This document shows positions 1 through 13,700 of a DNA stretch of 30,808 nucleotides, in pieces (the first letter of the stretch is position 1; every line of letters begins with the position of its first letter). The translations under genes were made by a program, and so were the position numbers. Source of the DNA: Catajapyx aquilonaris (lineage: Eukaryota); the NCBI GenBank assembly GCA_000934665.2, contig KZ538253.1:62001-92808 (forward strand), in the 5' to 3' direction. The notes below the pieces were generated by a model. That model ran no database searches. It was given only the letters and a program-made list of their open reading frames with translations, and was not told where the DNA came from.

Positions 1-1586
1 GAGAGTGGACAGAATCTAAAATAATGAGTGGTTTTAGGCAAATTAATTATTGTGCACAATATGTACTACATAAATCAGAGATTTTATTTGAATTTGGTAA
101 AACCGTCCCTTACCGTGATTCAAGCAGCATGTAATCATATGAGATTGTGTTTTCATCAGAACGACGACATTTCAGTGTACTGTTACTCCAAAATATACTC
201 TTTCTCATTGCGAGATACTTATAGTCTGTAAAATTAAGGCATAATAATTTAAGATGATGTTGCTCTGCGGAAATGTCAATTTTTAAAGGCAGGCTGATTT
301 TATGTTCTATACTGTACTTTGAATATAGTTAACAGTATAAGTCTATCTTCTATAACAATAATATGTCATTATTTTTCTCAATTTAATGTTGGTACAGTAC
401 CGTGATTTGGTTTGGAAACAAATGTGGCCCCAGGCGTGCCACTCTGTTCAATGGCGTCGCTATTGCAATTTAATATTTTATTCCCTAAAAAGTAAGAGCA
501 TAAATGATATTAGAGACAATTCGATTGAAATTCAGTATCATTTTGTAATGCCAAAGCAGACAACAAAACGTCGATTGAACTTTTTATACAAAAAAATGCA
601 TGACATATACTGAATGGCATGTAATAAAATTATGACTTGCATTTCCTATTTTAATATCTAAAAAACAATAGGTATAATGATTTCAACTATACTTATTGAT
701 ACATACGTTTATAACGATTTGCGGTCATCCTCTTGTAAGAAGTTAATGTAATAATTACAACGATACAGACACATAAAGCAATACACTTTTTTCTTGTCCT
801 TCGACATGAATTCATGTCATTAAAACACACGCGCAATCTGAAAGTAAAATGCAGATAATTATGCAGTGATTAAACCGGAGTAAACCTGCACATGCACTTA
901 TTGAAGCAAAAATGTGCAAGTGAAAAATGTGTAAACCGGAAAACAAATTACATACCCAATTGAGAAACTGAAAACTTCATTTACCGTACCTATACCCCGA
1001 CACTTCAAGACAACATCAGAAATCATATAAACACATCTGCATACTTACAATTATTGGAAGAACAATAATTCCAGTCATTTCAGGCCTGAAGCCTTACTTT
1101 TCTCCAAGGGATTGTTGTGTGTACTGGTTAAAATAAAGTCGAGACAGGATAGCAAAAGTGGAATATCTTATCTGGTTTCCATGACAGGTACTGTACACTT
1201 CCTTTTGAGTAAACCTGATAAGTAATTTTTTGTGGGCGGAGTTTGAACTAGTTTGACCTTGGCCACATATCAGACGATATCAAATACTGTGCTTTCATCC
1301 TGTATACTCAATGTAAGATCAGGTTTTATTTGGTAAAAATTCTCACTCTCACGTACAGTACTCGTGCATTAAAAAAATACATGCACAAGGCATGACAACG
1401 TATATAAATAACTGTGCGAACAGATAAATAATAATTCAGTTATAAGAACTGATATTTCCGGAGGTCATGAGCATTAGCTGGCAGTTGTTAATCTGAATAT
1501 TCTGGCGATGCTAATTAACGACACTGGTACACAATTACTCAAAAGTCACATGTGTTCTTTCAACTCTTATTATTACGAAGAGATTT

Positions 1587-3469
1587 TCACTTTTCGCATA
1601 TATTGAATTCAGTTCTAGTGATGCTGTCATTTGATCTGGCCCACATCTTGATTAGCATCTCAGGTGTGTAGTCACTTAGCACAATGTACTCACTGGCCTT
1701 GCAGTCGAAATCGTAGTAGAAGTCCTTGCGGTCATCCAGACTCAATTTCAACCCTATTCCAGCTACAAGTCCAGTGAAGAACACGTCTTCTATGTGCATG
1801 AAAGGAGTCTCCAGGGATTCCTTGTACAAAATTGGCAAAAGTGAACCGGTAATTAGCCATCCTGAGGATCCATGAAAGTACTTGGGCAGCATTTTCGCAT
1901 CGTACACGTATCTTGGCAGGTAAAATGGCGAATCTGGTTTTCGCAGAACTGAAGAATCCGGATAAAGGTCTCCAACAAGGATGTATTTCGAAGGAGGATT
2001 TTTGACCTTCCCATTCAAATCCGGAAAGTCTCGCAGATTGCTCTGAAAATAATGTGCAGAAAATAATCAAATTATATTAAATTTTTCGTAGCTCTTAAAT
2101 TCAACTCTAAAGAAACTGATTACTGAAACGGAGTGCACTGTAACAAAAAGGAGACATTCATTACCTCGTTGTCGTAATACTCCAACAACTTAATGAGATT
2201 GTTTGGATGTATAAATGAGTCGTCGTCGGCCTTGAGAAAATATTTGGCATGCGAACATCTCTGCAGAGTCCACTTGAGAGAAAATACATTCTTCAGCGTC
2301 AGGTTGAAGTAACTGTCGCAGAAATCTTCCTCCACTATGTCATCATAGATTCGAGCCTCTTCCATCACCTGTGCCTGATTTTTTTAAAAAATATGTCACA
2401 TGTTCTCATAAATATACAAAACAAAGATGTTACACATACGTTCAGAGTTTCATTATGTGTCGCACCTACGACAAAAAATATGCGTATGTCACATTTGATT
2501 AGGTGTAGATCGCGTTTCCAAGTGGTCCTAATGGCCTCTCTGTTTTCGATATGAAATGGAGCCGAATACACGACGATAAGAAGATATATGGATTCATTTC
2601 CGCATGATCTCTCTGGTTCAATTATCGTGGTTATTTCATCTGGTCGGATGTAAGGCCACAAATTTCTGGAATGTACAGGAAAGACCTGATGAATAATAAG
2701 CTGCATTATCATATGAATTTTGATATTGCATTGTGTTACTCGAAAACTAATCTTTAATGAACTGATTTTCAGTTATTTTTCTACTCAAAATGATACCCAA
2801 TTAAGTTACGAATTATTACATGAACATTACACTATATTTTGCTATAGAAAGACGTGTGTATTGCATGAACAACGTACGTTGTTTCCAATAGCATGTAGTC
2901 TCTCTGTATTGTCTCTTTATTAGATGGGCGACATTGCGGAAGGTTTTTAAACTTTTTTGTGGAATTTTTTCTTTCAAATTCCATCTCTGAAAATTGAAGA
3001 GATCAAGTGTTGTGAGCAAGTCTTTACGTAATTAACACATCACAGACTTTAATGAATCTCATGCATTAGGCTATGTACCTGGACATGACGCTGGCGTTGG
3101 CTTAATTTCACGAGTAAAATTATTATGAGCTATCGAGTCGTTCATGGCTAAAAGTAATGACAGTCCTAAAAGTAGAAAAAATAAGAGCATTACAATTATT
3201 GCAGTTAGAATCAGCTGCAGTTTTGTGTAATGGTGTCAATGTGTATGACTATCATTAATTTCAAATAAATTATGCTTATGCTACAGTTAGTGATTGGGTC
3301 AAAATGAGTGATGCACTATTCACTACAAATTTTGCAATAGTTTCATCTACATTTTGGGAACAAACGTACCGTCATTCCTACTGTTGTGATACACTAATGC
3401 AATGATAGTGACCAACAGGAATGCAGCAGGTAATATCCATTTCACGTTTCCTTTTATGTTTTGTGCCAT
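1587..3469 (-). CDS. GT31-family beta-1,3-galactosyltransferase-like type II Golgi membrane protein, 5 coding exons, ~366 aa
   Basis: Manual model, all GT-AG and phase-consistent: 3469-3370 (MAQNIKGNVKWILPAAFLLVTIIALVYHNSRND, signal-anchor helix), 2986-2878, 2665-2440, 2374-2165, 2042-1587. Family motifs: LLIVVYSAP..REAIRTTW, FFVVG, DIVEEDFCDSYFNLTLK..LKW, YFLKADDDSF (DxD), EDVFFTG. The three catalytic exons are well supported; the two 5' exons and the 2665 acceptor are less certain. Confidence 0.88.
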
Positions 3470-5416
3470 CGTTCCTTTTTCATAAAAAAACACCTGGTAG
3501 GGTCTAGAAAGCAAAAGGATTTAGGTCAGTAAGCTTATATTTAATTGACAGTGTTATCACTTGGAATTGATCTTCCTTATTTACAATTATGATAATTTTA
3601 GAATGGATCACCAAAAGCATTACTGAACGCAAAAGTTCAAATGTTATACGTCACCTGCAGAATCCTAGTATACTGCACAACTCCTATAAATACTTCTCAC
3701 TGCTGCTTGGTACCATCATCATGATGCCTGAGGCCTTCTCACTGTGACACACAGAGCATGTGTGTTACTTGAAGCTACATAAATGATCGTACTCCTAGAT
3801 TGCCTCGAACAGTTCAGCTGACGAACAGGCTAGAAGCGATTAGATAATCTGATGACGCTAGGCAGCCTGTGAAAAAAGACTTATCTTTTTGACACGCTTT
3901 ACTCGCCCTGAAAATAAGGTGTCACATGTTGTACTGTATACTGTATTCTGGGGGGCGTAAAAATTATTGTTAGGCAAACGCCATTAAATTTCCGTATCTC
4001 ACAGAAACCTTCACTTCAAACAAAGCTATCCTGTTCAGAAAAGGGATCGAATTTTCTTACATGGGTTTAAATGGGCATAAGAAAGCAACAGGTGACTGCC
4101 GAATTCCGCTTGAATAACTTATTTAAAAGGTTTGAATAATAAACTTATTAACTACCTATTTGTAGCATGAGTTATTGTGTCTAACTGTAATGTTCATTTT
4201 TTTTACAATTACTTCAACTGATTGTAACGTAGCTACTGGGAAAAAGAGCTCCGTTCTCATGAAGTTGGATGAAAGTTAATCATCATTAATCCAGTGGCAC
4301 TTTAATATGACAAAAGCAAACACCCTGTATAAACTATGACTTACCAAGCCCTCTTATGGACCATCTACACAGGACGATTTCAACTGACCAAGTGTGGCCA
4401 CAATGGTCTATATAACTACTTAGCAATATTCTAGGCTACTTATCTGTTACATTGCCCTATGACCTATATATTACTTAGTTACTAATAAGGCCTCTAATCA
4501 TGGGCGCATACAAATTACATCATATTGCACTTGTTCTTAGATAACTTGCACTCTCTTGCATACAACTCGCAAACACTATTACACCGATTGAAATTTTAAA
4601 ACACGATAATTTTTTACAAGCAGCAATGCAAATAAATTACGACTATATGTGTGGATGGGTCAGTATGGATTTTTTAAATAGGACACTGCTATTCTCTATG
4701 GTCATCCTGTGGCCAATTTGATCGATCCGCAGGCTTTTTTTTGTCCAATCTTCCTGACCTTGACAATGTACAGTTTTGATACCACCATACCTTTTATGTC
4801 TGCTGTTTCAGAATTTATGCAGGTCACATCCTTTTCGATGCAAATCTCACGTACTGTCCATTCGCTCAGCTGTCGATTCAACTGCATGTATATGAGTTAT
4901 TACATCATTTCAGAGCTAGTATAACTGAGTCATCAGCATAATTATGATAAAATAATGTGAACATTTTTCACGATAAGGCACATCATTCTGCACAGCTTGT
5001 TTTCTGCGAAATCCAATCTTGATTTAATCAAGTGTCCCACACTTTAAATTGCTCCACCCATGTCGTGGATAAGTACACGACACATTTTTCCAGTGTCACA
5101 TAGCGTCCCAGGGTACTACCCATTGGGTAGTCATGGATACCGAGTCTCGAGCTCCTCCCCTAGCCCACTGGGCACCTCCTCTCTTTATATTATGAGAAGT
5201 AGCCGGAACCGAGACATAAAATCACTTGGAGTATTACTAGTCACATACTAACCGACTTACTGCCTGGAGACGAAGTGTATGTGCTACTTTTAAACCGACC
5301 ATTTTTTTTTGCAAGGTACGTCTCTCTTGAGAGGTCAAAATCGACTTCTGTACAGTACTGTACGTTTATTCGTCCTTCGCTGCACGATATGCCCAACTTG
5401 GACGTATATTAAAAGG

Positions 5417-8244
5417 ATGGAAGAGGAACTTTCTTCTGAACAGGTACGCTCTAATTTTAAATCCTGACTAAACAGTGAGTCTTCAACAAGTGTCATGTTA
5501 CGTGCTGCGTATGGCTAATTAACCTCCAAGGGCTTAGCCGCATTAAGGGCTTATTAACGAGCTATTTTTGTGTGCGACATTCAACGTCTGTCCCATTGTA
5601 TACGACAAATCAATAAGACATTAAAACTGTAGTCTGTCACATTTGCAAGAGTTGAGTTATTTGGGTAAGGTTTCCCCAACAGGTAATATTGATTTAGATC
5701 TGGCTGTGTAATAAAGTAGCATTTTTCTCTAGGTAAATATACCCGAATTGCTCGAGCTATTTTCGGGTAATTATTTGTTGCGTTATTGCGTGTCCAACAT
5801 TACTGGTATAGTAAATAATACCGCGGCGCTTTCTTTGTGACCATTTTTAGGGTTGGTCCCAGAGTGTGTCAGTTGTAGTCCATGTCGTTAATATTGACCT
5901 TGTGCATCGCGAGACGGTCATTTCGATTTATGGACACCCACGTACTGACACTATACGGATATTCCCTTGATTATTATGTGCACGCAATATCGTCATTGTA
6001 CCCGGACAGTTCAATTATTACAGAACTGCATTGTGATGACACAAGCATGAACTGTCATTGAGGAAGACTGTGATCATTTGTAACACTAAGCAGCATTTAA
6101 AATATGTGGATTGAACTCGTACATAATCTGCAATAAAATATTGCCTATACCCTATACCTCGTGCGTGGGCTACTCATCAATAAAATCAATGCATTTCTCA
6201 TCAAATATTATTAAAATAGCTACCTCATTATTTTATACCCTAAACTTAATTACCTTACATATACCAAAGCTAATAACATTTTCATAATGGAGCCAGAAAT
6301 AACGTGCAGATGATTAAACTATGGAGGCGTTCCTTTCTCATGGGATAGTATGACATGATGATAAAGTTCCCAACGTTAGTCTTTATTAAACCAGCGTATT
6401 GTCTAGTGTCATGCTATCCTACGTATAGTACATGATGGTACATTACGTAGTCCACAAGGAAATAAGTTAAAGATTGTACATTGCAGCAACAAGCTCAAAG
6501 ATAAGCAACAATTATTTAAAATAATGTTAATAATTGGACAGTGCCATGTTAGACTATTCTTTCCTGATGAAGACACATGTAAACGCGCACAGGCATAATT
6601 TGTGCTTGACCACACCCTTCATTTGTAATCAGCAGCCTAAGCACCTGCACCACCGGCCCCTTCGGAAGCCGCCTAATAACCGCATCCAACACAACGACCC
6701 TTCTTCCTATTGCGAAACCTCAGCAAATAATGAGGACATCAGCAACAGCAAGGCCGACGACCTCCTGAAGGAGTTGGTGCCCTTGCTATGGATCGGACGA
6801 CTGACAGGAATGAACCCGATAAGCTTCGGAAGAGGTCGAATCTTCTTCTCATGGAAGAGTCCTCAAGTGTGGTACACCCTGGCAATGACCCTGGTCTTCG
6901 CCAGTCACATTGTGTTCGAGCTGATGCAACTCAGGCAGAACATCGCAGCGTCCGAGTCGCTGGAGAACATCGTGGTCATATTCCCGTTCGTATTCGGAAA
7001 CACACTGGTGGTCTGCACGCTTCTCTTTTACGTCTTCAAGGGAGCCAAGCTGGTTGGACTCTTCCAACGATGGGCCAAAGTCAGGGAAGCCATTTCGACA
7101 GGTGCTTGCCTGCATTTTACATAATATTATACCCATGTATATACCGGTAATTTTCCTATATTTGTATACAGATGGTGCCAGCATGGTGAGAAGACGGTTC
7201 GTGGTGATGCTGTACTCGATATACGGCGCACTGACATTGGCGACCATGACTTGCCAAGCGTTTCACTACCAGCAGGATCCAAGATCGTCTGTGTACTGGA
7301 CCGGTGTTGTGTGGGATCCGTCAGATCCGTTGGTGTTTCATATGGGGTTGGTCTTCTACATGTTCAAGGCTGCGCTGACCATGATCGGAACTGCAATGAT
7401 GGAGGTCATTCTGTCTCTGGCTGCCAGGGGGTTCAGAGCCGAATTCCAGGAGCTGGACAGAAGTCTGCAGGAGATTATCGAAGCGGATCCTGTGCACAGA
7501 CGGAGCCCGTACAGTCACATACGAGACATCCTGGACGTTCATCAACTAGGCAATAAGGTACGATGATCTTAAACAATGCTTGTGGATTGAACATTGCGTT
7601 GTACTTTTCCCTAGCCACTATCTCCGAAGGAAACGACAGACGACAAGATTCTGAGCAAAAAGATCCGGAGCCCCAACCACAAGGACACCCTGGAAGACCA
7701 GGAGCTTCCTTCGAGTGTCCGCAACGTAATCCTCCGTCACCAGCTTCTTTCGCAGATGGTTGAGGAGCTGAACCATATCTATGGGCCATTGATTCTCCTC
7801 CAGCTCGGAATCTACATGCTGATGATCTGCTCGTTGATATACGTGTCTGTGTACAACCTGGGAACTCCTCTGGGCACATCCTCCATCTTCTTCTGCAACA
7901 CAGTGTCCTACCTCCTCCGACTCTTTGCTCTGATTCCCATCTACAGCGGGGTCAATTCCTCGGCCAACGACATTGGAAACACTTTTGCAGGAGTGGTCAC
8001 CTTCGCCAGTCCGGCTGCCATGGCCAAAATCACCTTCTTCGTCAGCAGTTTGGACAGTGTGGGGATATCGGCCTGGGGCTTCTTCATCATCCGGTTGTCC
8101 ACTTTGCTCACTTTTGCCTCCACGGTGGTCACTTACTTGGTGGTCATGTTTCAGTCAGGTGGGGCTCAACCGGACACCGGCAAGGTGGTGTCCTTAGGAA
8201 TTAACATGACCACCACTGCACCACATCCGACTATGCTTGATTGA
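5417..8244 (+). CDS. Gustatory receptor-family (7TM chemoreceptor ion channel) gene 1, ~500 aa
   Basis: Exons 6633-7101, 7172-7557, 7615-8244 splice in frame (GT-AG). Putative first exon 5417-5443 (MEEELSSEQ|gtacgc, phase 0); an in-frame ATG at 6546 is an alternative start. N-terminal LKELVPLLWIGRLTGMNP motif, multiple hydrophobic helices, C-terminal ISAWGFFIIRLSTLLTFASTVVTYLVVMFQ matching the GR TM7 TYhhhhhQ signature. Confidence 0.88.
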
Positions 8245-8582
8245 ATCAATCGTACGGTGAAGTGTACTCAAAACTCAGCCAGAATGAGCACAAAGACATC
8301 GCATGTTGCAATAGATCGGCTTCTATATACTGACTGAGAATAGGAAATGCAGGACTATTATTTTGTTAAATGCCAAAGAAGTTTTCACAAATTCGATTTT
8401 CACAAACTGCATCTTCAGTTTATACAAGTAGGTAGAGTAAACATGTTGTACTGTACGTAACTCAACAATATATTGTGTCGAGATTTTTCTACGATGATTA
8501 TTATTATTATTTTATTATCTCAAAGGCGAATTAAATGTTGGCAAATGAAGGAAATTAAACTGTCTGTGATGATGAGATTTAA

Positions 8583-8790
8583 CCCATTTGTTCCCAGCGT
8601 CCTATACAGTATACGGATTGTCCTATAGCATCCTATCCTATGTACAGTATATTAAGACGCCTTGTAATTTCTGTTGTGATAAAAATTTTACGCTGAACTA
8701 TTTTTTTTCTATCTTAGTTTCTCCCTTCTAACACACGACTTAAAATATTATTAAAATATCATAAGTAGATCAACATTGGGAACAAATTGG
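8583..8790. mobile_element. piggyBac-type MITE (208 bp)
   Basis: Flanked by TTAA on both sides (8579-8582, 8791-8794). Termini CCCATTTGTTCCCAGCGT and (reverse complement) CCAATTTGTTCCCAATGT, 13/14 and 15/18 identical. No coding capacity. Confidence 0.75.
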
Positions 8791-10789
8791 TTAATAGCTC
8801 ACTAGTGATAAATGTGTGCATGTATAGCCAAGGGGAAATATCACTCTTTAGTAGATTGCTGCATAATTATAATCGCTCGTTAAATATTCATCCATAGGAC
8901 ATGGATATGGGAAGTGGATACTTTAATAATGATGGATCGTGGAGGGCAAGGCCATTCAAAGCTTAAGCCGCATGTATTACAAGTAGCCAGAATACCTGCC
9001 TCAATTAAACCAATTATCTATTCTTAATTACACAAAAGTTGCTTTGTTTCATCCCCATTTGCTATGCGCAATTTGACCCTTTAACAAATATTGACCCCAA
9101 AACTCAATTGCTAATTGACTGCTTAATTGACTGGTCTTACGACGTGTATAATAATGTGTAATACCATATTGTACCAAAGACATAATACTGTATAATTATG
9201 TAAATATTTTGGCACTGACTGCACTGGGACTGTACATTTACTGAATATTAACTCATGTACTGATGTAGCCAGGTAATTTCCTTCCAACACAATCATTATG
9301 TACATGTGACTCTTGACGTGGTGTTCAGCCTTATTCCTGCACCCAAATGGATGTGAGCCCTATGAAAATAATGTCATGTTCAGCTATTAACTGGAGTACA
9401 AAAATTGTAAGTAAATTTGTAAATATTTGCAAGTAAATATATTTCACAAAGTGGACTGTAGGGTCGTTCTTTAATGTTAATGTTGGGTATATCATCCTTT
9501 ACACTACTTGACTGGTAACTATTTTATTTTTTTGTCATCTGAACACAATGTGAAACACAAGTTTTATGTAATGTACTCGTGGAAACAAGATTGTTTACAT
9601 TTTACTATTCACGTGCGACTGAAGTTTATCCGTGTTTTATCTCTTGACAGGCGGGAGTCAAAATGTGTATAGATTTTCTGCTTTGCTCTGAGAAATTAAC
9701 GCGGTTTTTTTTGTGCGCTTCTTATAGGCATCCATCATATCAAAATTGACTTCGTCATGAATGAAAAGGCCCATAAAATGAAGTATGTGACATCGTTATA
9801 TTGTTGCTTCCATGACCATAACACCATAAAAAATATTCGTTCCCAGCGACTGTTACAAAAATCAATAGAACGAAGTTATAGACTGAATAATTCATATTTG
9901 CAAATACCAATTTAGAATGTGTTAAAGCAGTAAATTCGCCTCATTTTAAAATCCAAATTCATCCACCATAAGTTGCTACATTCAGCAGGTAATTTTGTAT
10001 GGTTTTCGAAGGTAAGGCGGAATAATCCTCCTTTTGAATAGCTCGCTTTTTGCATGGGAAATAGTTGCATATATATGATGCGCATGTGTTATTGGCATTT
10101 CCTGTAGCACGAAAGTGTGTCATACAGCCAACGGCCAAGACAAATTGCATTTTGGGACCATGTCGACTGTTCCTTTCTTACGTAACATTCCTCGAGACCC
10201 ATTATTCACCGAACTTATAAAAACTAAAATGCCAAAAAAAATGGTTCAGGGCTAAACGCAACACAAGCGCAATCAAATCATTAAGTAATGATCCCCCCAC
10301 AACTCATGTTACGCCAGCCTTACTTTCTTAATGCCATCGACGTTTTTCCCCAAGTACCATACTATATCTGTCAGACCCGATAAGCAACAAGAGTCATGCT
10401 TCAAGCAGCTGCCTAAGAGCTCATGCCGTATTAATACTCACTCCATGGAACCACTTCAAGTAGGTGGAACGAAAGAAGCGAAATCAATTGACAAGCATTA
10501 GGATCATACTGGAAATACAGCAAAAAAAATAATCAGTATATGCCCGACATGTGCTGGTGTCCGTTTATTACTTACATTATTTACATGTTAAAAGCATGGC
10601 CAACTTGTGACTGGCTACAGCTGTAACAATTCCGATTGGACTAAGCCCTTATGAATAAGGTATTGCTCTTTCAGAAGTTGCGCGGTGTTCACTGTTAGTC
10701 GACTGTGCCGACAGCTCAATTAGAAATTGCTCTGTGTGCAGAACAGTTGGCATCGGGGCTCGAACCCAGTGCATCGATCAGTGTGCAAA

Positions 10790-13700
10790 ATGGCCGGACG
10801 CAACGTGGTCCAATTGGGCAGTAAATCCGCACAGGGGACGTGCCCAAACCAGGTAGGATTGACAGCTGAAATGACCCTCCCGATGGACCTGTGTCCAATG
10901 TTTAATGCAGGAATAAGGCCTCGGGTCCTGTCATGCGAAGACAGAGTCGAGTCACGCTGAAAGAGATGACCATCCAGGGTGTCCAGCAGGACATGGCGCT
11001 CCAGAGGACCAGTGTCCAGAACAACCAGGCGTATTCGGTCCTCCAGCAGCTGAGGCCACTTATGATAGCTGGACAGTGGACTGGGATGTGGCCATTCCAG
11101 TTGGTAGGGGACAAAGAGGAGACGATGGTGCGGTTCTCCTGGAGGACGCTTCCAGCGGTGCTTTGCTTCTGGGTCGCGCTTGTGTTTGTGGGTCATTGTT
11201 GCTTCCAGATCAGGCAGGTCCAGGCCCTGATCGTGGGGAACTCGGGAGTCAATGGAGATGTTGTGTCTCTTCTGCCCTGGATTGGAGGAACCATTGTGGT
11301 CGTGTGCACTCAAGGGCGGCTGCTTGCCAGAGGACCTCAGGTCAGTTTCAATCACTGTGACTTCAAACCCATCACTTGGTAACAATATTCTACTAATTGC
11401 TTAGTATTAGGCCACTGAACGAATTGGTTTTCCTTCGAGCTGACCATATAGCATAAAAACTATACTAATTTTTTATAAATCAGTAAGCTGGAAATATTTC
11501 TGCTTCTCTCTTCTTCATACAAAAAATACGATGTTGACATAATTATGTGTATTAAGTTCATCACTATTGCGTGCAGGTTAGCAAATTCTAACGTAACCTT
11601 CTTAGCTGCATACAATCTTTAAATAACCGGAATCGAGATTAAATTATAACGACAAAAATGTGCACAAGTATGTCCCATGACAATTTGCTCCCAACTGATA
11701 CTCCCCCTAACCTATTTCTACCAAACAAAATGCATTATAAAGGAGGAAAGCCAATATATTGCAGAGGGCCAGACGTGTATTTGCTGAGCAACAGACATTG
11801 CCGGGATTATTCTTTGAGATTATGAAGTAATAGTTCATGCATTTATTGTTGACGTCATGTAAGAGGTGTTGCAAAATGACACTGAGTTCAAATAATAAAT
11901 ATTATAGGATCAACTGGTATGTGGTCCAAGATTGAGATAATTTTTATCGTTTGGAATACATTTTTAACGCACGAAGTAGGTCACAGTAACATTTCTTTGT
12001 CATTTTGCTTTCACTAATAATATATTCTTGCTGATAAAAATATGAACCATAATAAAATCAATATTCTGCATTGTGTGTGCTCCTTTGACTTTTGTAGCCG
12101 CTTTCAAATATTTTGAAGACGAAGGGCACTGCTGAGTCCTTGCTGGGGCTGATGCATATTTCTTGAGCTCATTGTAAAGCCTGTCATATTCTTGAGAAGC
12201 CAGCCGAATGTAAAGGGTGCTTGTTAGTCAAGAAAAGTCCTTTGAAGGTGATTCAAAATAGCTGTACAGCATCAAACATGTATCGAATCGTGCTGTTTGC
12301 ATACGCCAATAAAATAAGTCTTGTTGTTTCAACCAGATCACTACAAAATGTATAATTAGCCCCAATTAATAATCATGTCGTGTCTTACTGAAATGGCTGC
12401 ACAGTTTTATTCAAATTAAATGGAAGCCAACTCACCTTGCAGAAATGGCATGTTTGACCCATGGCATTTCAATCTTTATACATGTCTTTGAATCCTGATA
12501 AGCAACCCGCTACTATAAGCGAGCTTCTCAGATAAATTCTAACGATCCACTTTCCCATGAGTCCTGATTTCTGCACGTTAAGAATAAGCTGTCAAAATAA
12601 AATTGCGGACATTACATCCCATTTTGAATAGTCCGCTTATACAAAGCATTGCGAACTTACAGTACAGCTTAAATATTTCAATAAGCGTTTCTTCTTTTTT
12701 TTACGAAGACAACCCCACGCTTTCACACGTAAGTTATACCCGTGACATGCGTGCTTTGTAGATAAGACCGCATCGCTATTAATTATAACCGGCCGTATTC
12801 TACCGGTTGCATGCTCAAAAATACTCATTTATGATACCTTCGCAGTATGACCCCCAACTCTAAGCACGTTGCGATTTGATCAATGCGCACTTGTTATCTG
12901 ATCTTCACTATTTGCCGTACCTGGCTTGCAACCAATAAAACTACATACTGTGACATCGCAGTAACGTATCATTACAACACACTTTTGTACTGTACTGTCT
13001 AAAGTTTAAAAAAATACTTCTGCATTATTACTTGTAATTATTTACACCTACAGATTGCTGGCCTATTCAACGATTGGATATTGCTTCAGCAATCGGTGCG
13101 ACAACACACTCCAGATCTGGTTTACAAGCGTGTGTTGGGTCAACAAGAGCCCAGTAACGACAAGAGTCACTTCAAGCTGCGACTGTACATATTTTATGGC
13201 ACGTTAACAATAGGAAGTACAGTAGCAGTCAGCTACAACTATTACATCTCGCCCACGTTTTGCTCCTTCTGGACCAGTCTTTTCCCGGACAATGTGCAGA
13301 ATCTGTTGTATCCTGGACTCGTTTTCTACATATACATCGCACTCGCGTTCAATATCGGTGCTTCTGTGACTGACATTATTGCCTGCGTTGTGTCCAGGAA
13401 TTTGCAGATAGAGTTTCAGCATCTGGACCGGTGGTTGTCGGCCACACTTCAGAGCCATCAGTTTTGGCGTAAGGACCAGAGGAAGTATAGTGACAATAGA
13501 ATAATAGGGCTTTTGTACAACCAGAGGTCCATCGAATGTGAAGAGGACGACGGTACGGTATGTATACACATTGCAAATCCAATAGAAAAGCATCAGTTAC
13601 CATATGAAACCTTGAGTATCCAAAGGTCCCAAGTCCACATTTTGACGATTTCGAGTTACATATATGGGGGGTAGTACGGGGCAAGGCGCATATTTTGAAT

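Noticed and set aside
5735..5776. Imperfect palindrome centred on GCTCGAGC
   Set aside because: Short, gapped, with no termini or TSD; not enough to call an element.
10720..11385. 221-aa antisense ORF over GR2, and similar shadow ORFs over the GR and WDR19 exons
   Set aside because: No recognisable motifs; expected by-products of GC-richer coding exons.
12005..12570. Minus-strand peptide LYIRLASQEYDRLYNELKKYAS (vaguely Tudor-like) and an exon-like segment ending AAG|GTGAGT inside the long GR2 intron
   Set aside because: The peptide is preceded by an in-frame stop and the exon-like segment has stops in all three frames; no coherent nested gene could be built.
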